Below, in pieces: positions 50,674-64,000 of a DNA stretch of 64,000 nucleotides (positions within the stretch are counted from its first letter, which is position 1; each line of letters begins with the position of its first letter). The notes below the pieces were generated by a model. It ran no database searches and had not been told where the DNA came from. It worked only from the letters and a program-made list of their open reading frames with translations. Both the position numbers and the translations under genes were made by a program. Source of the DNA: Adineta vaga (taxonomy: Eukaryota; Animalia; Rotifera); assembly GCA_021613535.1 (NCBI GenBank), contig CP075494.1, positions 11,160,001-11,224,000 on the forward strand. Reading direction: 5' to 3'.

Positions 50674-51588
50674 ATGAATAATACGAATAAAGATAATCGA
50701 CTTGTTCAATATACACTTCTTCAAATAGTAATTGTTCCATCGTTAATCTGCGATCTTTTTCTATTCATCTATTTTACTCGTCATTGGTATAAAACAATTC
50801 GAAATGCACCTCAGAATCATCTTATACTATGCTTACTTATTATCAGTTTTATACAAAAAACGACTGATATGCCACTTATTCTATATTTTTTTCGATGGAA
50901 TACAGTAGCAGAAAAAAGCTATACGTTTTGTGCTGTTTGGAATCTATTGAATCATTCATTAGACTGTATGAATTTATATTTATTTGCATGGTATTGTATT
51001 GAAAGACATTTATTTATTTTCCATTTTCAAATAATGAAGAAAACATGGTGTTTAATTGGATTTCATTATATTCCATTGATATTCTTTTTGTTATATGCAC
51101 TAATCTTTTATTTAACTGTCATTTTTTTTATTCGAATATGTTCGAATAATTGGAATTATTCATTGATTTTTTGTGGTGATGTATGCTATCTATACAATTC
51201 ATTTTGGAGCTTATTCGATTGGTTATCGAATCATCTCACACCAGTTCTAATCATCTTTATTGCAAATAGTCTTCTATTCTTTCGTATTCTTTGGCAAACG
51301 ATTCGACAACAACGTCCAAATCTATATCATCGTCAAAAACGAATGTTAATTCAAATGATTTTCATTTCTACTTTATATCTAATCTTAATCGTACCACAAA
51401 TTATTGTCCAAATAATTCAAATAATACAAATACATAAATTCACTCCTCCTGTTAATCAAGATGATTACTTTCATTATATCTCCTATTATATAAACCAATT
51501 CTTACCATTCGTTATTTTCATTTCATTTCCAAAAATACAGAAAAATCTCAAACGATGTTGCAATCGAACACAAATCCAACCAACATAA
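50674..51588 (+). CDS. Divergent class A-like GPCR, intronless
   Basis: Seven hydrophobic segments, TM3 Cys, CIERH in place of DRY; clear paralogue of the next gene. Confidence 0.85.
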   Translation: MNNTNKDNRLVQYTLLQIVIVPSLICDLFLFIYFTRHWYKTIRNAPQNHLILCLLIISFIQKTTDMPLILYFFRWNTVAEKSYTFCAVWNLLNHSLDCMNLYLFAWYCIERHLFIFHFQIMKKTWCLIGFHYIPLIFFLLYALIFYLTVIFFIRICSNNWNYSLIFCGDVCYLYNSFWSLFDWLSNHLTPVLIIFIANSLLFFRILWQTIRQQRPNLYHRQKRMLIQMIFISTLYLILIVPQIIVQIIQIIQIHKFTPPVNQDDYFHYISYYINQFLPFVIFISFPKIQKNLKRCCNRTQIQPT

Positions 51589-52038
51589 AATGATTAATTC
51601 CGCTTTGAAAATGTTTTTCTCTATCTCATTTCCTTCTGTATGACGTCAATCCGAAATGAACATCACGTTTTTAGTTTTTAATACGAGAAAAAATTTCAAG
51701 TCATGTAATTACGAAGCTTTCGTTAAGACTTTGTAAATTGATATAGCAAAAGTCTGATCTAATTACGATCAATAACTGTGAAGAGAAAAAGATAAATCTT
51801 GATTAAGTCACGCGCACGCATAAAGAAAAAACAAAGTAGACATAGAACAAAAAAAGTAATTGTAAGTATACTTGTTCAAAAAATAATTTTAAAAAAACTT
51901 TTAAGTAGTCATCTGGAAAAGCTCATGTGAAAAACTCGTAAGTTATTTATTACTCAGTAAGTCATCATCAGTTGATTTGTTTTCTTTTCATAAAGAGAAT
52001 TGTTTTGTTCAGTGCCTGTTTCAAGAAGAAGATTTTTA

Positions 52039-53043
52039 ATGTCGGATATACCGGAACATATTCGCTTGGTGAAATATTCAATTTTACAAACAACTATAGG
52101 CCCATCAATTATATGTGATCTTGTCGTTTTCCTTTATTTCTTTCGTCATTGGCGAAAAGAAATTCTTTTCGTACCGCATCATCACGTCACATTATGTTTA
52201 CTGATTGTTAGTTTCATTCAAAAAACAACGGATATCATTTTTCATTTATATTATTTACGTTGGGGCACTGTTCTACTTCCGACATATTCGTTTTGTGTGA
52301 TTTGGAATTGGTTAAATTATTCATTATATTGTATCAGTCTTGATCTTGTTACTTGGTGTTGTATTGAAAGACATCTTTTCGTTTTTCATAGTCAATTCAT
52401 GAAGAAAAAATTCTGTTTAATTCTATTTCATTATATACCATTGTTAATCTGTTTATTCTATACACCAATGTTCTATTTTCGTTTCATCTTTTTCCCAGAT
52501 GAATGTACGAATGATTGGGATTATACATTGATCTATTGTGGAGGACCTTGTTATCTTTATACGAAACGATTTCTAGGTACATTTGATTGGTTATTTCATT
52601 GTGGTACACCGGTATTGATTATATTTTTTGCTAATCTTTTACTTTTCTATCGAATTTTATGTCAAAAACTTCGACGACAAAGACGCGTTGGATGGCGTCG
52701 TCATAAACGTTTAATTATTCAACTAGCATTTATTTCGATTCTATTTTTGATTCTTGCTTCTCCGGCGATCATCGTTGGTTGTATTCAATTACTATGGTTA
52801 CCAACATTTTTAATTGATATACAAAACGATTATTTTTATTATATCGGATGTTTTATTAATCAATTACTACCATTTGTTATTGTCAGTTCTTTACCAAAAC
52901 TAAATCAAGAAATAAGACGAAGATTTGTACGCATAAAACGACGATTTTGTGGTCGGTTAAGAATTCAGCCAGTTATAACATTGACAATGGCTGATATCAA
53001 TTATGGGACAGCTGCAATGACTTTTCAAAGAACTACTTTATAA
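52039..53043 (+). CDS. Divergent class A-like GPCR, intronless, tandem paralogue
   Basis: Shares SFIQKTTD, CIERHLF.FH, FHYIPL, FDWL and INQ.LPFVI with 50674-51588. The first ATG is at 52039 (the ORF track starts at TTG). Confidence 0.85.
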   Translation: MSDIPEHIRLVKYSILQTTIGPSIICDLVVFLYFFRHWRKEILFVPHHHVTLCLLIVSFIQKTTDIIFHLYYLRWGTVLLPTYSFCVIWNWLNYSLYCISLDLVTWCCIERHLFVFHSQFMKKKFCLILFHYIPLLICLFYTPMFYFRFIFFPDECTNDWDYTLIYCGGPCYLYTKRFLGTFDWLFHCGTPVLIIFFANLLLFYRILCQKLRRQRRVGWRRHKRLIIQLAFISILFLILASPAIIVGCIQLLWLPTFLIDIQNDYFYYIGCFINQLLPFVIVSSLPKLNQEIRRRFVRIKRRFCGRLRIQPVITLTMADINYGTAAMTFQRTTL

Positions 53044-53655
53044 GATTTAATCTTTAAATTTCAAACCGACATAGTTATCGATTCAATCATTCAAGTGCGA
53101 AGTTTATACCCCGGAGAATATGAATATTGATAACGTATTATCAATAGACAGGACACAAATGAATTGTTATGTTCACACGTAATTCTCCTAGTCAAGGGAA
53201 ATAAGTATTTCTTGCAAGAAAAAAGAAATAACGAGTCTAACATTCGAATAAAATGGGCAATTTATTGTATCGAAAAGAAATATGTCCAAATCGTTCAACA
53301 AATAATAGCAGTGAGAAAAGTGTACACTGAACATATATTCTTCATCAATTACTCACGCTAAATGTAACAAAACAATTCGCTTCAACAACATATTTTTCTT
53401 TTTCTCGACACAGCAAAATAGAACGAAAGAAAAAAAGTAATAAAGCAAAAGAAGAATGAAAAAAAAAGAACGAAACGTATGGCAAAGTAACACTGTTCAA
53501 TGTCAAACACTACCATCCAACGTTCTCTTGCCTAGGTAATATAGAATAAATGATAAGACAGATTTAGAGAAAAAGAAAAGGATCAATCTAACGTATAATA
53601 CACACAGAGAGATAGAGAGAAAGAAATGCAGCAATGCAATTGATGACTAGGAGTT

Positions 53656-55370
53656 CTATTGCGTAATTTTAATTTGACGATTGAAAGCAGGTACACGATC
53701 ATGTGGGATAGGTACTTCGACAGTTAGTGTTGAATCTTCGCTCATTTTAGCACGTAAATTATCCGCATCGACCCAATCCGGTAGAACATATTCACGCATA
53801 TATTCACGATTGATTTGATTACCACGTGTATTATCAATATGAACGGCTTGAACTAATGAATGATAAAGAAAAATAGAAGAAGAATTGATTTTTGTATAGT
53901 TTTATTTCATTTACCTTTCAATACATTATCATTAACTTTAACACTAACATCATCAGGTTTATAACCACTTAAATCAAATGTAAGTTTAAGTTGTTGATCA
54001 CCTACTGAATATGAATCATTCGAACCTAAACTAGTTGGCAAATTAAATTGTTGTGATTGATGTGTAGGTGGTAGTGGTGGACGATAATCACGTACAGGAA
54101 TTTGAATTGTTAAAATACCATCAGCACTCAATGTATTTGTTAATTTTTTTGCTTCCGCACCATCCGGTAAACCTAAAAGAATACAATTGATTGTTTTTCT
54201 TTCTAATTAAATAACTGAAAATTTACCAATTTCTCGTTTAAATTCTCGATGACTTGTACTGCGTCCATCACGTTCTTGTCTTAAAGCGCTCACTTTTAAC
54301 ATTGTATCATTAACTTGTATGGCAATATCTTCGGGTGCAAATTCACTTAAATTAAATTTATATGTAACATTTTTTGTGCCATCATTTCGATCATTATTTG
54401 AAAATTCTGGTCGTGATGTGATTGTTGAAAATGTGACCGGAGGGGGATGACCAGTAGCAATATTATTTCCAAGAAGTGTTGATGTTGAACTTGTTGATGA
54501 ATATTGATCACGTAATGGACTATGACGATGAAAATTATTCGATCCAAGATTATTTGTATTATTACTACTACTGCTTTCTTGACGAAATGATGATGATGAT
54601 GAATATGCATTTGATTGATTAGTTCCCATACCAAGACTTGATGGTTGACGTCCAGCATGAAATGTTGTATCAACAAGACGGCCCGGACTTGATTGACGAA
54701 ATGTTATAGCTGAATTAGCATCATTATAGACACGATCCATTAGAACCGGTGCTTCCATTGTTAATTGACCGTCTTCGGATAGATATGATTGAAGAGTTTT
54801 AGCATCGACAAATTCGGGTAAAGTTAGTTCACGATTAAATTGTTTCGATTCAGTCGCATTACCAACTTTGACTTGACGATCACCTTTGACTATTAACATT
54901 CGACCATCAATTTTAACATTTAATTCTTCAGGACGAAATTCACCAATATCAAATTGTATTTTATATTTTTTTCGTCCATCATTATCTTCTTCGATAAATG
55001 CACGTTGACCTGATGAATTTGATGTTGTTCCTATACCCGATGCTGATCCTCGAAATGTTGGCCAATCAACTCCACCAAATTCCGGAAAATCAGGAAAATC
55101 AACACGCATTCGTGGCTTTGAATGCATTAAAGATGTTGATGAAGATGGTGGAAACGAAGTTGGTTCAGTTTTTGATTCATTGAAAAATTTCTCTCGCCAT
55201 CGGCGACATTCATCTTCAAAATCACGCATACGTGTACCCATTCGATCATTTACATCATTTGATGGCCCATCTGTTGAACGAAAACGTATAAAACGTTGAT
55301 CATCGCTTGGATTTACCGTCACGGGTATGACCGTTCGTGGATGATGTTGGTAATGATGATCGTTGTTCAT
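53656..55370 (-). CDS. Small heat-shock protein with three alpha-crystallin domains
   Basis: Three ACD copies (FDIGEFRPEELNVK...LSEDGQLTMEAP; FNLSEFAPEDIAIQ...LSADGILTIQIP; FDLSGYKPDDVSVK...MSEDSTLTVEVP), a C-terminal IXI motif (QIKITQ*) and two short introns. Confidence 0.9.
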
Positions 55371-57544
55371 TTTTTTTTATCTCTTGTGTCACCGATTGAT
55401 ATTGGATATGAACGTCTTCACATATATTTAATACAGTTTTCAAATCGATCACATCAATCAGTGATGAAAGTATAGTGAAAGTATCTAAAATTGATGAACA
55501 TATGAACACGTAGGAGATGTATAGACGTATCTAGATTGAGGAGAAAAAAAAGAGTGAGAGAAAGAAAAGATATGGAAATAACCGCATCATCATCATCATG
55601 CCTGTTTATACCAACAACAATTTCTCTACGGATGCCATCGCCACTCTCTTTTTTTTTTACAGAAGAGAACCACTCTTTCTCCTTTTCTTTCTCCGTTAGA
55701 AGTGTACTGATAACATATGTATAATCGACGCGCGCCAGCGACAGTCGCTCCTACTTCTTCGTCTACTTTGCATTTTTAGCTGGCGCGCGCACACACATAC
55801 ACATACATATATATATATACTATATGTTTATTTATTTCCTTTTCTCTTCTCTTCTCATCTCTTTCTCTCTCTCTATATATCCCTCTTTCGTTTCTTCTAT
55901 AAACCAGGCAAACTCATGCGCTGAGTATAACTCTAAACGATAGCAGTGTGGGTATATATGTATGTATATATCCATATACATACGTAAGTAGTCCATTTTC
56001 TGGTCGATTTTCTTCTTTACTTCCTTCATCAGCTTCTTCTTCTTTTTTTTTCTTACCATATCGTCAAATATATATGTATTGTAGATATATACATATATGT
56101 ATATATCTACAATACATACCGATGAAAGAAAAGAATCGGTTTGGCGTCGGAAATAATTTATATGACTCGTCTTTCGTTCTCTCTCTCTCTCTCTCTATCT
56201 TTATACTCAACTCCACAGTTGCCAGAAAAGAAAAAGAAAGAAAGACTCTCTGTTATAACAATTACTAATTCTGATAATCTATGACAGGTATAGACTACAA
56301 TCATCGAGCATAGCAAGACATAATCATATATCAACAAACAATAGACCTACTACAACTTACATCGTACGATGAAAATAAAACAAATGGGAACGAGAGGTCA
56401 CCCCATTGATTTCTCAGAATAATTATTAAAAGAGAGAAGAAAAAAAAAGAGCTCGAGAATGTTGATGTGAACGACAATTTTTTCTCATACAAATATTTGA
56501 CTTTCGTCGAAATATTACATCATTATATTCGCTTGTCATATCCAAGTGAATATTTCATCTTTTAGTAGGTTAAAATAAGTAATAACATCTCAAATCACAT
56601 TTAGATGAAAAGAAAATGCACAATGTGGCCCGTGAACTCTACTTAATATACATATATATATACATAACCCTTTACGTTTGGTGTTGTTTTTGTTATGATG
56701 AGACGATGAATGTCTTTATGAAGGATTAGTTGTTCTTGTTATATGAACAGAATCCGGTGGATATATATATGTATATCTACGGATCGAATTCACTTTCATT
56801 GCCTACTTACTGACACTCAAGCTGCTGCCGTACGACTATGATCATTAGTTCTTTTTTGCACTCTTTACTTACGCGTACATTGAATAAAATATGAAGGTTT
56901 CACATGTGCACGCATGTATGTGAGCAAATGTGAAGGCTAACAATGAAGAGATGAATGAATAAATGAAAAAGTTTGACATTTTTATGAAATCAAACTCAAA
57001 AAAGAATAAAGATTAAGGACATTATATATATATATATGAACATTTTCAATTGTTCTATGAAGCACTACTGATGTCCAGTTAGTTCTGATTCAATCAAAAT
57101 GAATTAACTGTTATGTAAAGAAAAAAAGAAGAAGAAAGAAACTTGATGTAATCAAAATCGTTTCTTTTAAAATAAAAAGGATCATTCATCTTCTCGATAG
57201 AATATCGAATTGTACTGTGATAGTTTTGTTGTTGTTGTCATCATGATCGTTGTCATGCTGAGAATCCTGTGATGATGGGTGGATAATATAACATAAAAAA
57301 AATAAGATAGTGTCAAATCATATCGTTAAATGTTATTTTGCCACCTGTTCGATCTTTGTCTCTCATAAAGGAAAATTCTTGTCGACTATAAAGAAAAAAA
57401 AAGCAGAAAAATATGTTTTACATCAGTGTTAATTTTATTATCACTTGTGACAGAATATAGTTACTATTATAGACATATGTTTGTGTGAGAATGACGCACA
57501 CTCTCTTATCAAGAGAAGAAAAACATTTTTGAAAAAAAACAGAG

Positions 57545-57626
57545 CGCTGCGAGTAGGATTTGAACCTACGCGTGAAGATCACATTGGATTTCAAGTCCAA
57601 CGCCTTAACCGCTCGGCCATCGCAGC
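57545..57626 (-). tRNA. tRNA-Ser-TGA: tRNA-Ser (anticodon TGA), 82 nt
   Basis: GCTGCGATGGCCGAGCGGTTAAGGCGTTGGACTTGAAATCCAATGTGATCTTCACGCGTAGGTTCAAATCCTACTCGCAGCG: paired acceptor stem, A and B boxes, long variable arm, and an oligo-T terminator just downstream. Confidence 0.96.
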
Positions 57627-58200
57627 TGTGCCCCAACGGCTATATAATTATCATAGATTATTATTATTATTATTATTCACTAATTAGTCTATTAAAATTA
57701 ATCCCTTTTATTTCAATACATTTTCTTTGATGAGAATTAATCATTTTCATCTTTTATTTTATTTCTATATCAAACAAATCCAAAACAAAGATGTGCAGGT
57801 AGTCAGGTGAAAAAGAAAAGTATATATTGTCAATTTTTGTTAATAACAAAACAGAAAAAAATTTTCTTTTCGACTAGAAAGAAAGAAGAAAAAATAAATA
57901 AACCTCTGGAAAACACTCTTAGTATAAATCACACATTAATTTATGACTTATTAAATAAAGATTGAATGAATTTTTCTCTAACATCTATCACGCACAGAAA
58001 AACTGTACATAGATTAATAATAATAATGTAGAAGATGATCAACTAGAATATAGGTAGACATAGATTTATCTCGGAAGACAAAAGTAGAAAAGAAAATTCG
58101 TGCAGATGGATGCGAGAAACAAAATGAGCACCTTGATGAAAAGAAAGAAAGAAAAGAAAAGAAAAGAAAACAAACAAACAAAAGAAAAAAAGACAATCAA

Positions 58201-63958
<5,758 letters not shown>

Positions 63959-64000
63959 CTATAAAGAAATAATTTGTATAATCTTTGTTTTTTTTTCTCT

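Noticed and set aside
55371-56500. Heat-shock elements upstream of the sHSP gene
   Set aside because: No convincing array of three alternating nGAAn units found by eye.
56752-56785. Short hairpin ATCCGGTGGATATAT...GTATATCTACGGAT
   Set aside because: Centred on an (AT)n tract, too short for a pre-miRNA, and no known seed.
57418-57687. ORFs on both strands over 57418-57687
   Set aside because: They are translations of the tRNA-Ser gene and its flanks.

Overview
This is a very AT-rich eukaryotic (animal) window with compact genes split by many ~50-70 nt GT-AG introns. The intron size, intronless 'ERH'-type GPCRs, ART-TPR genes and a bacterial-type intronless enzyme suggest a bdelloid rotifer; this is inference. 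The ORF track mostly shows exon fragments, so gene models were assembled by hand from splice sites. In order, the window contains: a highly diverged STAT-like gene; a mir-1 hairpin with an upstream CArG box; REEP; TMCC; RNF146; ENKD1; a small Cys-rich secreted protein; COMMD5; an ART-TPR pseudogene; a small single-pass membrane protein; RCL1; a GPCR; PI4KA; ARL3; a bacterial-type SAM methyltransferase; a Src42A/FRK-like kinase; TIMM23; a PIG3-type quinone oxidoreductase; an intact receiver-like/ADP-ribosyltransferase/TPR gene; two tandem GPCRs; a three-domain small heat-shock protein; tRNA-Ser(TGA); and the 3' half of an L-type Cav1 channel. The main findings are: (1) the ART-TPR gene plus its dead paralogue, a candidate sensor-effector family; (2) duplicated 97-nt mutually exclusive EF-hand exons and a frame-switching C-terminal exon in Cav1; (3) a Src-family kinase with Phe at the inhibitory tail Tyr position and a 12-nt activation-loop microexon; (4) the cryptic STAT; (5) the HGT candidate. 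All homology calls come from remembered family motifs, not database searches.
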